DNA of 64,000 nt from Hydrolagus colliei (lineage: Eukaryota): positions 123,938,001 to 124,002,000 of the forward strand of contig CM068742.1 of the NCBI GenBank assembly GCA_035084275.1, given 5' to 3'. The number at the start of each line of letters is the position of its first letter. Position 1 is the stretch's first letter. Position numbers and translations under genes: made by a program. The notes beneath the pieces are model-generated. The model saw only the letters and a program-made list of their open reading frames with translations, was not told the DNA's origin and ran no database searches. Positions 1-13,181 of this stretch are shown piece after piece.

Positions 1-890
1 CCCTATGGCCACCCAACCCAACTCCATCTCCTACCTCCCCTGGCAAAGAATCTCTCCGCACTCCGTCTCCACTGCAATGGAGTCATCTGTGCTCCTCCCC
101 CTCTGGCTTACCTCCCGCACCGACTTATCCTCCTCCCTCACATCCACAATTCCCTCTCCGCCATTCTCGATGCCCTTACCCAACTCGGTTCTAGAACTGC
201 ATCCTACTCATGAACCTCACCCTGGTGCACCTCCTCACACTTAAAGGTCAGATGCGGGCCACCAAACACACCTAGCTCATATCTGACGGTCCACCATAAA
301 GTCAGACCATAAAGTAGCTTGACCACATCAAAACTTACTGCTTGCCCTCGCCTCCGCTAAATTGTCCTCCAACTCCAAGGTAATCATGGAGGCCAAGAAT
401 TACCCCAGGCTTCTCTTCCCCACTACCATCCGGCTGCTCTGTCCACCCTCTCACGTCTCATCCAACCTCTCCTAACACCAACTGTGAGAAGATGCTGGAG
501 TTCCTTGATACCAAAAGTGAGGGGATCCATTCAGCCGCCTTTGCTTTCCCACCACCATTCTCTTACCATCTCTTCCTTCCCGTTCCAAACCCTGTCCATC
601 CCTCCCTCCAGACTTTCGAACCTGTCTCTCCCTCTTCTCTCACTATAACCCCCATGAAGCCCACTACCCACTCCCTCAACCCCATTTATCCCCCTCTCTC
701 TACCTCCCAGCTACACATCCTTGCCCTTTTACTCTCAGACCTCATTTACCTCTCCGTATCAACTGGAACCGTTATCCACCCCTGTAATAACAGCTATCAT
801 CATTCCTATTCTTTTTTTTAAAAAACTTCCCTGGACCCATCCCTGCTCACTACCTACTGCCCTATCTACAATCTCCCTTTCCTTTCGAAG
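1..890 (+). mobile_element. Degraded L2-clade LINE ORF2 fragment (region between endonuclease and RT)
   Basis: C-rich strand; peptides like CEKMLEFLDTK..IHS and KPTTHSLNP resemble L2 ORF2; stops and frameshifts. Confidence 0.65.
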
Positions 891-944
891 TGGTTCTGGA
901 AATTTAAAAACAATTATTTTGTTATCTACCTTCCTGTTATTCAG

Positions 945-1116
945 GCTATCCTAAATGGATTTCTGGCTGAATTTGCAATAGGAGTGAAACAGTGTTCTGT
1001 AAATATCGTGGAAGCTGCAGTAGAGATTTACCATCGAATGAGTGTTGACCTATTGCCTACACCTGCCAAGTCTCACTATGTTTTCAATCTTAGAGATTTG
1101 TCAAAGTGTATACAAG
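945..1116 (+). CDS. DNAH6: DNAH6 exon w1 (AAA3 lid; AILNGFL...SKCIQG)
   Basis: tcag|GCT acceptor, CAAG|gtagg donor; LPTPAKSHYVFNLRD motif. Confidence 0.93.
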
Positions 1117-1303
1117 GTAGGAAATTTTGTGTCCTGATATTACATGAAAGCAAGTTCTTGATTACTGTGATGCTTCTTGACAAGCATATCTTGTTTATCT
1201 TGTTTAAGATAAGTATATTTTATAACAAGTATATCTTGTTTTGTTCTAATAAATACATGTTCAAACTGCATCCATTAAATTCAATGTTTGACTTTGATTT
1301 CAG

Positions 1304-1450
1304 GAATTCTTCAATGTAACCCGGGTACAGTGAGGGATGAAAACCAAATTTTCAGACTTTTTTGCCATGAATGTCAACGCATCTTCCATGATCGTTTAAT
1401 CAACAATGAAGACAAATTTTATTTTAATAGCATGTTAGCTGAAATGGCCA
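1304..1450 (+). CDS. DNAH6: DNAH6 exon w2 (GILQC...RLFCHECQRIFHDRL...EMA)
   Basis: ttcag|GA acceptor, GCCA|gtaag donor; phase 1-1. Confidence 0.93.
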
Positions 1451-2191
1451 GTAAGAATTACTACATATACATTCCTTTATTTTTCTAACAATAACAATGT
1501 TACACAACAATCCTTGATTTTCATCATAATATATATATTTTTAGCATTTATTGATGAGTCCTTAATGTCATCCAGTTAATGCCTATAATGATCACAGGCT
1601 GATTTTCAGGTTTTACTTTGACCAAATACTTTTGTTAATGTGTACTGTAGTTTTGAGTGGATGTGCATCTTTCTTGCATTATCTATCTCTGGCTACCTCT
1701 TTTTTAATAGTCTAATTATATTACCATTACTGTCACCCGAAAGGACTTCTATTTTTGCATTATTTGCTCTGTAGAACAAAGTCCCAAACCGTGTTTTGGA
1801 TACTTATCTACGAGTCTGAATGAACTACTGTATAACATTTAATTATTGCTTCAGGGAAAATTGTATTCCACTGTGAGCTATTTCCTAGTAGAGTACTGTA
1901 CTATATTAACCAATTCCTTAGCTTATAAATAGGTGGAACTTGTGCATATCTGTTATCTTATTTTAGTATCTGAAAAGTTAAGGATTCAGTTTTCAGATCT
2001 TGGTGGAAGTAAATTTTTGAGAACAACATATGGTATATTGGATCCACAGCAGTGATGCAGTTGTTGATGATGTGAAGAAATTTACATGTGGGGTGTTCAT
2101 TTTAAAAGTGTATTGTGGATAAAGTGTATGAAGGATATTCTGTATGTTTATCATCAAATTGTTACTAATATGTTTTTTTCTTTTTGAAAAG

Positions 2192-2265
2192 ACAAACACT
2201 TTGGAGTCCACTTGGAATCTGATTATTTTCTGAAATCTCTCATTATTTTTGGAGACTTCTTGAAG
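2192..2265 (+). CDS. DNAH6: DNAH6 exon w3 (NKHFGVHLESDYFLKSLIIFGDFLK)
   Basis: Pyrimidine tract then aaaag|AC, AAG|gtgat; conserved IIFGDF; missed by ORF track. Confidence 0.88.
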
Positions 2266-2813
2266 GTGATAATCGTATTTTTCTTCAAGCTTTATTAACA
2301 CCAAATATATTATTGAAAAAACATTTATTCTGTATCTGTGCTGTGTTGCTTATAGTAGGGAGACAGCCCTGGTCAACGTCATGAATGCCACACAAATCTC
2401 CTTTCTAATTGATATTTTATTACACTATAAAATAAACTGAGAAACCTTTTTGTATAGATTGGTTGACTAACATTTCAAAGTGTGAGAAAATAGCCATCTT
2501 TTGGGTCGTCAGGTCACTCGCATGATCATTTCAAGATCCAGTCTAAATCTATCTGTTATTAGAAGGTGGAAAAATTTCAGCACAAAGTTCTCAAGCTAAG
2601 ATGATAACACAAATAAATACCAGATATCAAATTCCTCTGAAGGGAAGACCAGCAACTGGTCTACATGGAATTTTTCTCTGTTTCAAACGTTCACTTGTTC
2701 CAAGATGTTTAGCAATACTGATTAGAATCTTAAAAGGATGTTCTTAAATTTCACATCTATTCTTCGATGCATGCACAACTCGGACAGTAAAGCTATCCTG
2801 TTTTGTTTTTCAG

Positions 2814-2968
2814 ATTGGAGTGGAAAAAGCAGACCGATATTATGAGGATCTTCCCAATTTTGAGAAAATTAGATCTGTACTACATGACTATTTAGATGAC
2901 TACAACATGACAAATTCCAAAGAGATGAAGCTGGTTTTCTTTCAAGATGCTGTTGAACATGTCTCCAG
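2814..2968 (+). CDS. DNAH6: DNAH6 exon w4 (IGVEKADRYYED...LVFFQDAVEHVSR)
   Basis: ttcag|ATT, TCCAG|gtgct; start of AAA4. Confidence 0.92.
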
Positions 2969-4039
2969 GTGCTGTTCTGTATCTTTAGTCAATTCGTTCT
3001 TTGTTTACTTTTTATGACTATGTAGGTGTTGCTTCTCTGTTCTGATTTATTTAAAATTTAAAGCAATCAAACCATTGGATATGTAAGATAATTGAACCAG
3101 AGTAATTTGAAACACAGAGGAAGGCCGTTTGATGGCCTGTATCCACTCTCTGAAAGAGCTTACCATTTAGTCATATTCTCTTGTTTTTATACCAAATCCT
3201 TTTATATTTCTCCTTTTCACATATTTTTCAAATTCCTTTTTCTCTATCGGGCAGTTTCCCTATAGAAGAATGTAAGGATCAGATTTTACCTTCAGGTTTA
3301 TGAATATAAACTTCTACAAATATATAGCAACCCCATTATAATGTGTGTTGAATGCCAAAAAAAAATGAGACACAATGAGAAAATTTCTGTACTGTACTGG
3401 CCTTGCTTGATGGGTATCAGATTGTTGTTGACAATACTTTTGGCTTTCAATATGGACCAGCCAGCTTCCTCCGCGTTCATGGAAGAACAAAAAATGATGC
3501 AGCTCAGTGGACTGATATCACTATTTTTCTTTGTAAAATAAAATTGAATTGACTTACACTAATTGGATTATAGTCTCCCTTAGTTGCTACGAGGAGTCTA
3601 AGTGAAAAGAATTTGGGCAGGCTCAACCTAGCTCCCATTAATTGCAAGTGCACAGCAGAAAAGTGCTTGTAATTCAAAATAAATTGGCACAAAATAATCT
3701 GAGTGGTTGCAGAAAGCAGAAAAATTTCACAGTGAAGATGCATTGGAGTTATTCTAAGGCTCAAATCAACAAACATTGAGTCATATTCTGTAATGCTCAT
3801 CCAGTGCAGCAAATTTTCAAATGAGAAATCGCATCAGAAGCCAACATTGCAATTTACCACACTCGATCAGCGCAGAGTGACCAGTGTGGAAATGATTTTA
3901 TTACTGAAGTGATTGCTTGAATAGATGTCAGACTGGTAAGTTTAGGCTATATAGATATGTAATTAATTCTATACTAGAATAACAAATAGAGAAAGAAATC
4001 TATTAACTAATGTCAGTTAATGTGTTGGTTAAAATAATA

Positions 4040-4870
4040 TTGGCTTGCATTATTTCCGTAAGCACAGTTGAAGAGGAAGGTTTTCAGGTGGTACTTGAAA
4101 AACAGGAGAGAGGGGGCCAGGTGGAGGGATTGAGGGAGAGTGTTCCAGAGTTTTGGTGTATAGTGGCTGAAAGCACAAACTCCGATGGTGGGGCGGTGGG
4201 TTCGAGGGATGAGAAATAGGCCAGTGACAGTTGAGCAGAAGCACCAGAGAGGTAGGGAGGTGCCAGAGAGTGAAACAATTTGAACACGAGTGTGAGAATG
4301 TTGAAGTCGATCCATTTAGTGATGGGGATCCAGAGGACTTTGGCCAGAAATGGTGAGAAGTGGGTACGGAGTTTGGTCCAAGTCAGTGTGCAGGTGGCAG
4401 TGTTGTGAATGAGCTGGATCTGTTGAATGGTGAAGCTGAGGAAACCAGTGAATGGTGCATTTGAGTAATCCAACTGGGAGGTGACAAACACACACACACA
4501 CAAAGGTTGTGGCTGTGTTTGGGGTAAGGTATGGTCGGAGGCGGGCACTATCGCAGAGGTGGAAGAAGAAATTCCTGGTCAGGGACTGGATGTGAGGGAG
4601 GAAGGACAGTTGGGGGTAGAACCGGATGCCCAGATTGCGCGTTGGTTCGATGAGTCTGAGAAGGAGCCTAGTGAGGTTGAGGGGTTTAGATCCACTGGAG
4701 TGAAGATGTTGATGGGGGCCAAGGAGTATGGCTTTAGTCTTGTCCATATTCAGCTGCAGAATGTTCACACTTATCCAGGGCTGATGGCTGCTAGACAAGC
4801 TAATAGAATATTAATGGACCTGAAGTTGGTGCTGAAGGAGGCAAACCAAATGTATGTGTTATGCACATAA
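4040..4870 (-). mobile_element. L2 LINE 3' fragment (RT C-terminus to 3' end)
   Basis: LQLNMDKTK, RNLG, LDYSN, LKTFLF-type motifs in minus-strand ORFs. Confidence 0.85.
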
Positions 4871-5224
4871 ATGTGGAATAATCTTTAAGATGCATTAAAT
4901 TTCACATGTTTATGCCTAAAGGACATTTCTAATGGCTTACAAAATCATTTTAAAGATCACTTGCATAAAATAATCTATATTGTGGTTTACACCACACTGT
5001 TACAATGACATTCTGCTTAATAGTTTTTTTTTCTGAGTTAGAACTTCTATAAATATAATCATCATGATTTAAATGGCTTTAGAAACGGCTCGTGCTTTGT
5101 GTAATATTATATTCAGGGGATTATGATTTATTTCTAGTTGATGGGAGTTCATGGAAAATCTAAGTGTATACATAAGTGTATACATAAGCTTAATTCAGCA
5201 TATTGTTGCACTAAGAGTAATTTC

Positions 5225-5570
5225 ATAAGAATATAAAAAGTTTATGGACGAAAGAAGACCAATCTCCATCTTGTTCACCCTCCACCATTCTGGCAGTCAC
5301 TTGACATGCCACAAACTATACTGTATCCCGAGATATTATTTTCTAGCAGAAATCTGACTATTTTATCCTTGAAACTAATTAAATTTTCTGCTTCCACTGT
5401 CTCCCTAGGGATCCTGTTCCATAAGTTTACCGCTCTCTTACTGAAATAGTGTTTCCGCAGACTTGTTCTAAACTTACCTGCCTTCATTCAGGTTGTGTCC
5501 TCTAGTTTGGCTGTTCAGTACAAGATAAAACAGTTTGTCATGGTCTATGTTATTTATTCCTTTCTCATCC
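5225..5570 (-). mobile_element. CR1-clade LINE 3' fragment
   Basis: RKHYFSKRAVNLWNRIP..VEA motif and cataagaa-type tail. Confidence 0.8.
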
Positions 5571-6073
5571 CATATCAGTGCTATCAAAATTGGTTTAGTT
5601 AAGGGTAGATTTATTCTCATATCAGAAAATGATTAGCACGCATGTATTTATTGATAAATATCCAGATGGAAAATGATTTGCTTCATTTCCAAATGTGCAA
5701 CAAAAAAAAATATTTCTGCCTGGCTCATTGTTCTCACATAATTAATGCGATGTTGCACCACACTCTGGGACTTCGTGAACGAAAATGTTGTTAAGAACAA
5801 ATGACTGTTTAAAATGTTAGGCACAGAAAAATACCATGCTTGACAGCAACATTTCAGATGGTTCTTTAAGATTAACACAAGGAAGAAAAACAATGTACCC
5901 AATAGAGAACATAAGGATTTACAACAAATAAACCGACTACTGTAATAAGGAATTGAGACGAATCTAGATGTGATTGCAGGCAAATTACAAACTAAATACA
6001 TTTCCTGATATTTTTAAGAAATTATGGTTGAAAATAAGAATGCCATGTAAATAAATATATTCTCACTTTACAG

Positions 6074-6305
6074 AATTGCCCGCATGATTCGTCAAGAAAG
6101 AGGAAATGCGCTACTTGTTGGTGTTGGAGGTACAGGGAAACAGTCGCTCACACGATTGGCGGCTCATATATGTGCTTACAGGTGTTTTCAAATTGAACTC
6201 AGCCGTGGTTATAATTATGAAACATTCCATGATGATTTGCGAAACCTTTTTAAAATGGCTGGAGTTGATGGGAGTGATACAGTATTTCTCTTTACTGACA
6301 CACAG
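6074..6305 (+). CDS. DNAH6: DNAH6 exon w5 (AAA4 P-loop GVGGTGKQ)
   Basis: tacag|A, CAG|gtatg; Walker A of AAA4. Confidence 0.95.
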
Positions 6306-7400
6306 GTATGGAATTGAAATGTCAGTCATTTTATTTCAGTGAGTAAAAGTGTTGCTACACTATGAATTACAGTCCAATTTAAAATCTTCCTCCAGTCAAG
6401 ACATTTGTCTGCAAAGTCCTAGTCTTAAGATGCTTAGATGGAAGTCAGAGCAGATTCTGATTGGCTTGCTTTGGCACATATTATAGCACTGCTGTTGTTG
6501 GGAAGTTACAGTAAACAATGGATAAGGTCTAATTTAATGTTGGGATTTGACTGCTCACATCTATGCTGTGGGCTTGTTTAACTTCAGTGATTCAGCCTTT
6601 AATGATTTTTTTTTAAAATCGATGTAAGATGTCAAAATTGCAGTATTTTAGTTATCTGATGCTTGAGTAGCTTCACTGCTGGAATATTACTATCTTTTCA
6701 AAGACCTACTATATCAGCTAATGAATTGTACAATGTGGAGATGGCAGTGTGACTAGATGGCAGTGTGACTGTCAAGGTGGGGTGGTGGGGTGTAACTGGT
6801 ACTGTTGTTTCTCAAAGAATGGTGAATATGCATAGAGTAGTCTCAGCAAAATGGGACAGATAATATGGTGCAGCAACAACAAAATTACACTTTATCGTCA
6901 GGAGGCCGTCACAAGGTGCTGGGTATGTCAACAAGCAACATCTTTTTGTTATGCACTTGCACAATAGTGATTTTATAATGGTGTAGCTGATAGTTGCAAG
7001 GTTCACAGTTGATGTGACCCACTGGTAAATGCATCTTTACCAGTGGGTTCTCCAGTGTGAGATCATTCTTTGGGTGCATCTTGGTCACTCAGTATAGTCT
7101 TTAACGGATAGGGTTGATCAATCCATAGAACTGCAGAAACATATATTAATATGACACAGCAGGAAGCCATTTGACCCATTAAATTAATGTTTGCTCTGCA
7201 AGTAAAACCATCTATCTAAATCTCGATTTCCTACCCTTCCCCTCTATTAAATTGAATAATATTCCTTGGTTGGATGGATGTTTCAAAGTGTTTCACAGGA
7301 TTTACTGCAAAGCATAGTGACTGTATATTTTGTAGGTGCAAATTTCTATGGTGCTATGGTTTTAATCTGTGGGAATAAAGAGGCAGGCATTAGTATTCAA

Positions 7401-8108
7401 TAGGGTCCGTCGATATGGAAATTTTCCGATTTAGATATATCGATGGGCTCATATCGAGATATACCGAAATATCAATATTTTGGGGGGTTTCATACTGCGC
7501 ATGTGCGCGCGGCGCGCGCATTCAGGGTGCGTGCGTAATTCGGGGCCTATCTCCTCAGGAGGTAAATATCTTTCTCTCTTTGTGTCTCTCACACTCACTC
7601 TCTCCATCTCTGTGTTTTTCTGTCTGTGTCTGTGTCTCTCTCCTCTCTCACATCCCCCCATCTCTATCTATCATACATTATCACATCCACCCCGTCTCTC
7701 CCCCCACCCCCCCAACCCCGCCGCCATCCCTCTCTCTTTCCCCCCCCCCCCCCCCACCGTTTCTCTCTCCCTCCCCCCACCCCAGCCGTCTCTCTCCCCC
7801 TCCCCCCTTCAGCCGTCTCTCTCCCCCTTCCCCCACTACCCCCCATCCAGCCGTCTCTCTCCCCTCACCCCTTGCATACCTGTATATTGTGTTCTAGGAC
7901 TATGAATACAATATGGCGGTTTTGCACCTCGGTCTGTGCATTGTGCATAGAGATGAGAATTCTGGGTCTTGTAGTTCAATGTGCGCGCATTCCGATTTTT
8001 TCCCTCGATATATCAGCTTTTTCGATATATCGATATTTTTGAAATGCCTATATCAGCGTATCGATATGAAAATTATATCGGGTTTTAGCGATATATCGCC
8101 GGACCCTA
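7401..8108 (+). mobile_element. Non-autonomous hAT element (MITE), copy 1
   Basis: TIRs TAGGGTCCGTCGATAT / ATATCGCCGGACCCTA; 8-bp TSD GTATTCAA on both sides. Confidence 0.92.
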
Positions 8109-8931
8109 GTATTCAATTTCAGTCCTACATTTTGTATGTCTGGTTGCAAGAATAAGCATTAAACTGATTGTTTATAATACAGAAGGCAGTTTGGTTTGAA
8201 CATTGAAAGAACCTCATGATTATTTTCAGTGAGACAAGGGTTGGATAGCAAAGTATAGATATATGGACTCAGCCAAAAAAATTAGCATCTAATAAGGAAT
8301 TCCTGCAGTTGAATTATTTATACTGCAGCAGGCAGTGATAAAAAAAAACTTACATCAGTATTCACTGAAGCATGTATTGTGTTTCACAACCAAACGGTGA
8401 GTAAAAAATAACATTTGAAAAATGGCACTGACTTGGTTGAAAAGGAATTGATTTTAAGCAATATAGTAATCAATTTCTGAAACCTTCAAACAAACATTAT
8501 CTTAATCTATAAGAAATACATGCAGGTGGTTATTAAAATTTATTTTTTATTGCACTAATTACTCATTTGTCATGTTGATTATTGTAAATACAAATTCATT
8601 GTACTTTTTTTTCTTTGGGATGTGTGAATTGTACTCAAATGCAGGATTTAATGGGGTAAATTAGGAAGGTCTGTACATGAGCAAATTATTCACTTTACAT
8701 TTATTTCCTTGACATGTATTAAGTGTGCCTTTCTGATGTATTAGCGCTGTTCTCAGTTGTGGGCTTCAGACAACCCTGTGTATCATCTGGTGTCTGTTAA
8801 GAAGTTATCATCTTCAATTTTACTTTTGTTGAACTTGTTAGTGAAACTTCAAGAAGGACTGGATTAAATCAAATGCCTTTGTAAGATTCTTAATGCCATC
8901 TATGGAAACACAAAATGACCTCCAACCATTT

Positions 8932-9080
8932 TGGAGTTATGTACTGTAGTTCAATGGTTAGAGTACAGTACTTGGCTAGCAAGCGAGACACCTGAGTTTG
9001 ATTCCCAGGCAGGGCGAAATATTGGGCAAATTTCCTTACTCCATCACCTCTGTTCACCTGGCAGTAATTAGGAACCCTTA
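8932..9080 (+). mobile_element. tRNA-derived SINE, 5' part only
   Basis: Degenerate A/B boxes followed by the family motif ggcagggcgaaa..ttgggcaa.tttccttactcca. Confidence 0.75.
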
Positions 9081-9302
9081 TTTATAGCATTAGGGCCCAT
9101 GGTAATTTAGGTTTCAATTAAAGTCGCACTTTTAAAGAACGCATCCCCGATGTTAATTGAGGAGTCCCAGATGCTTCATTATGCACCATTATGCATGGTG
9201 CATAATGAAGTGGGTTTCAACCACATCAATGGTAATATAAATGTGAAATAATTATCAATTCACCAATGTAAAATTTATTAAAAAGTTATTGTTTTCTAAC
9301 AG

Positions 9303-9455
9303 ATTGTAGTAGAGGAGTTTCTAGAAGACATCAACAACATCTTGAACTCTGGAGAGGTGCCTAATCTGTTTGAGAAAGACGAACTTGAAAAAGTTCTTGG
9401 TGCTACACGCCCTAAGGCTAAAGATGCTGGAATTGCAGAAGGAAACCGAGATGAA
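9303..9455 (+). CDS. DNAH6: DNAH6 exon w6 (IVVEEFLEDINNILNSGEVPNLF...NRDE)
   Basis: aacag|ATT, GAA|gtaag; phase 0-0. Confidence 0.95.
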
Positions 9456-9579
9456 GTAAGATTCAGAAATGTGCAGATGAAGTTACTATATAGTATAATA
9501 CTATAGGTGGCACTATAGTTCTTAGCATTTTCCAAGATGGATTTTCCTTGGTTTTAGGCTTGTCTTATTTAAGAGGCAG

Positions 9580-9925
9580 TAAGTTTTCTTACTCCACGTC
9601 TCTGTTTACCTAGCAGTAAGTAGGAACATAGTTGTTAGTTGATTGACGGATTGTTTTTCCAGGGATAATAATTTTAAAAAATAATAATTTGGTCACTCAA
9701 TCCACGACTGTCTATGGACACTGCTGTGTGCAATTGTCTGTCTCATTTCGCCCACAAATATACAGTCAATTCACTTTGTAGTATATTCTGTGAAGCGCTT
9801 TGAGATGTCTAAAATATGTGAAAAGTACTACATCAAAATGCAAGGATTAGATCCTATTTTAAACAACTGCATTCACTTGGTGGGCGTATTCAGGTGAACA
9901 CTCAGCCAGAATTTACCACAACAGT
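9580..9925 (+). mobile_element. tRNA/Deu SINE, 3' part with an extended tail
   Basis: Deu-like core, L2-type tail, and about 70 bp extra also found at 18401-18468. Confidence 0.8.
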
Positions 9926-10702
9926 GATGACAAGTCCTTTACTTCCAGCAGCATAAATGACCATTTAAGAATACAACTTTGCATCACACTGGCAAAATCA
10001 AAGGCATTGTATTCTACTTTTAACCCATATAGTGATCATCCTCTGCAGCACTTGTCTAGTTGAAATTGGGGTTTTTATTATTGTTATTCTAGGTGATGTC
10101 TAAGCATTTCATGTTGCAACCTCTGTTTGCAATTCATAATTTTAAGATTTTAAGATTAAAACCTCCCCAAACTACTAACTTTGAATCCTTAAAGTCTGAA
10201 TGGCCAGAAAAGCATATATTTTTTTTAGCCTTTTGTTACATTTGGGGGAGTTGTTTTATAATAAGTCCCAATGAACAAAATGTATCCAATTTTGAGAATG
10301 AAGCATAATAGACCCCATTATTTAAATGTATTGAAATGATCAACAAATTAAATAATTTACAATAGTAATTAGAATATTTTTTTAAAAAACTCTTTATAGC
10401 AAATAAGCATTTTATTATTAATTGGTTAAAGCTTTCTGTTCATAAAAGTTTTATAAGAAAAACAGTTTAGATTACCCTATAATTAAAATAACCTTCAGGT
10501 TTAAGAATCAAATGTATCCTAACATTATACAATCCAAGAATCAATGTATCTTTCCTATGGTCATTGTTGATACAGTGCTCAACAAAACTCTGCATGTACA
10601 ATATTGGAATTGAACACCATGATATATTAATGTAAGCTTTAGGGTAACATTTAACTTGCATTATACTGATGGTTCAAAAATTCGGTTGATGTGTGATTTG
10701 CA

Positions 10703-10956
10703 CTCAAAGTGCTTTACAGAATATACTGCAAACAGGATTTACGATATATTTGGGTGAAACGCGATACAGCCAATTGCGCACAGCAGTGACCCATAAACAG
10801 TCGCGGATTGAAATGAACAATGTTTTACAGTTTGTTATGGATTATTATTAAGCATGTGGAGTAAGGAAACTTGCCTAAGGTTTCACCCTGCCTGGATTTG
10901 AACCCAGGTCTCTTGCTTGTAAGGCGAGTGCTCTGATCACTGAGCTACAGGACACC
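10703..10956 (-). mobile_element. tRNA/Deu SINE, near full length
   Basis: Reverse complement has tRNA head gtagctcagtg..agagcactcgccttacaag plus Deu core. Confidence 0.85.
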
Positions 10957-11119
10957 GTAGGCCTTCAAGAGGGAACTAGTTAAATACCTTATAGAGAGTG
11001 ATCAACAGGGTTATGAGGAAAGGGCAGCCAAATGGGAGTGTAATTATTGTTCTTGAGGGACCTGGCTCGACACAATAGGGCAAGTGACCTTCACCTGTGC
11101 CATAAATTTCTATGGTTTT

Positions 11120-11360
11120 ACCTTGGGCAAGTTTCCTTACTCCACACACTTAATGATAATCCTTCCAAAAAAAAAACATAATAATAAAATTGGTCATTTC
11201 AATCCACGACTGTTTGTGGGACACTGCTGTGCGCAATTGGCAGCCGCGTTTCGCCCACAAATATACAGTCAATTCACGTTACAGTATATTCTGTGCAGCG
11301 CTTTGAAACGTCTAGAAGACGAGAAAAGTGCAATATCAAATGTAAGGATTATTATTATTA
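11120..11360 (+). mobile_element. tRNA/Deu SINE, 5'-truncated
   Basis: gtttgtgggacactgctgtgcgcaattggc core and (TTA)n tail. Confidence 0.85.
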
Positions 11361-11404
11361 ATCAATTGCAAGCACTTATTTCATGCAACATATTTACTTT
11401 CCAG

Positions 11405-11545
11405 GTCTTTCAATTATTTATAAACATTGTACGGCAGAAGTTGCATATCGTGTTGTGCATGAGTCCTGTTGGTGATGCATTTCGATCTCGTTGTCGAATG
11501 TTTCCATCTCTTGTAAACTGCTGTACCATCGACTGGTTTGTGCAG
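11405..11545 (+). CDS. DNAH6: DNAH6 exon w7 (VFQLF...[11 protein letters not shown]...CCTIDWFVQ)
   Basis: tccag|GTC, CAG|gtatg; phase 0-0. Confidence 0.95.
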
Positions 11546-11940
11546 GTATGTGAAAACCTCTTGTAAACTGCTCTACCTCCTGGAGGATGACTATTATAAA
11601 GCTTGTTTCAAATAAATGTGATGAGAAGCACAGAGAAGAGTACTTCAGGAACTCATAACTTTTAAGCAGTATTTAGATATTGGATTGCTTTTGGCCATTT
11701 ATCCTTTCCCCATCCACTACCCACCATCGTTTCTCCCCTATTCCTGCTCCACCGGCCACTTAGCCTCTCAATCACCTGTGTAAAGTACTTTGAGGTGTCC
11801 TCTTGATTCTATTCATTGTTACAAGATTTATTTAGAGCACCATATCACTTTGTGGAGGTTCTTTCAGTGAAGTGTATGCAAATCTGCTGAGCCCAAGAAT
11901 ACAATAATTAGTTTACTGAATATTTCTTGGAGTTGTAATA

Positions 11941-12243
11941 CAGTAGAACATCGATAATCCGGCATTCCGAAAGCCGGCAACTCCCTAAAACCGACAAGAT
12001 TACAAAATATTATATTTATTTTTAAGTAATAACACTTATTTCTTGATACTGTATATGTGCTGTATATATTTTTACACATAAATCATGTTAAATAACACAT
12101 TAAAAAAATATCAGGTAAATAAAACAAAATTGGTAAAGTTATGCAATATTAGGCTAGGCTAGGTTTCTAAATACCGGCAAACTCCAAAATCCAGGAGGTG
12201 CCGGGAGGTTCCCAACCATGCCAGATTATCGATGCTTCATCAG
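11941..12243. mobile_element. Tc1/mariner (Tigger-like) MITE
   Basis: TA flanks; imperfect TIR cagtagaacatcgataatccggca / tgccagattatcgatgcttcatcag. Confidence 0.7.
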
Positions 12244-13181
12244 TATTATTTTCTTGAGAATTGAAGCAGCTTCTTTAACCAATTTGTTTTTCCCTCATCC
12301 TTTCCATTGGCATGTCAGAGTCAAACACCTGCAAGGGGCAAGAAGGTAGTGATTACCCACATATAGGCCTCTGCATTTGCCCTCCAAACATACCATTGTA
12401 TGAGAACAGCCCATGATGAATTTTCCTCTATTGGTACTCTCTAAAGAGCCCAGGTTTCAACACATCTGTTATCATTCCTAAATATAATTTATTTTATGTC
12501 AGGAGGATATCTCAGTCAAACTGAGGTCTAAATTACAGTGTTTCTTAGCTGGAATGCTTAATAATTATTTTGCCCACAAAATATGCCTACAAATCGCTTA
12601 CAGTATATACTGTGGAATGCTTTGATTCATCTGAATAACATGATATGGCAATATATCAAATGCAAGAATTCTTATAATTATTTATCATCCCACACATCTA
12701 TAATACTACACTTGTAGCAGCAGTAAATCACCACTTTTTTTAAATTGATATATGTTTTATTGATACAGAGGGTTCATCATGAGCACTTCAGGTTCCAGCA
12801 ACGCTTATAGGCTTCAAAAAGAAAAGTGTAAATATTGATAACTTTTGACGTCTGACGTGTTAATTCACTTAATTTGAAACTGTTAGTAGACATACAAAGA
12901 TAAGTGTTTTAATTATCTAGAGTAGATCATTATGTAGAGGGTCAAGTACAGATATCAAATCAATTTTTTGTTTACAATTACATGATGTAGGATGTAATTT
13001 GGGGTGGATGGCGCATCAATATTTGCATGGTAATGAATCTATCCAATTGTAACCTACTAAATGTGGCTGAAAAAGAAACTGAAATATATAATCGGGACAG
13101 ATTTTTAAATGGGATCTTAAAAGTGTGAAAGAATGAATGGGGTTTCCCCAAAGTAACATGCCTATTTTTCTTTTATTTTAG

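Noticed and set aside
7415-8042. Long Pro/Ser-rich and Gly/Arg-rich ORFs (also 15049-15930, 31695-32378, 48907-49526)
   Set aside because: They arise from the low-complexity C-rich core of the hAT MITE, are open in several frames on both strands, and show no transposase motifs.
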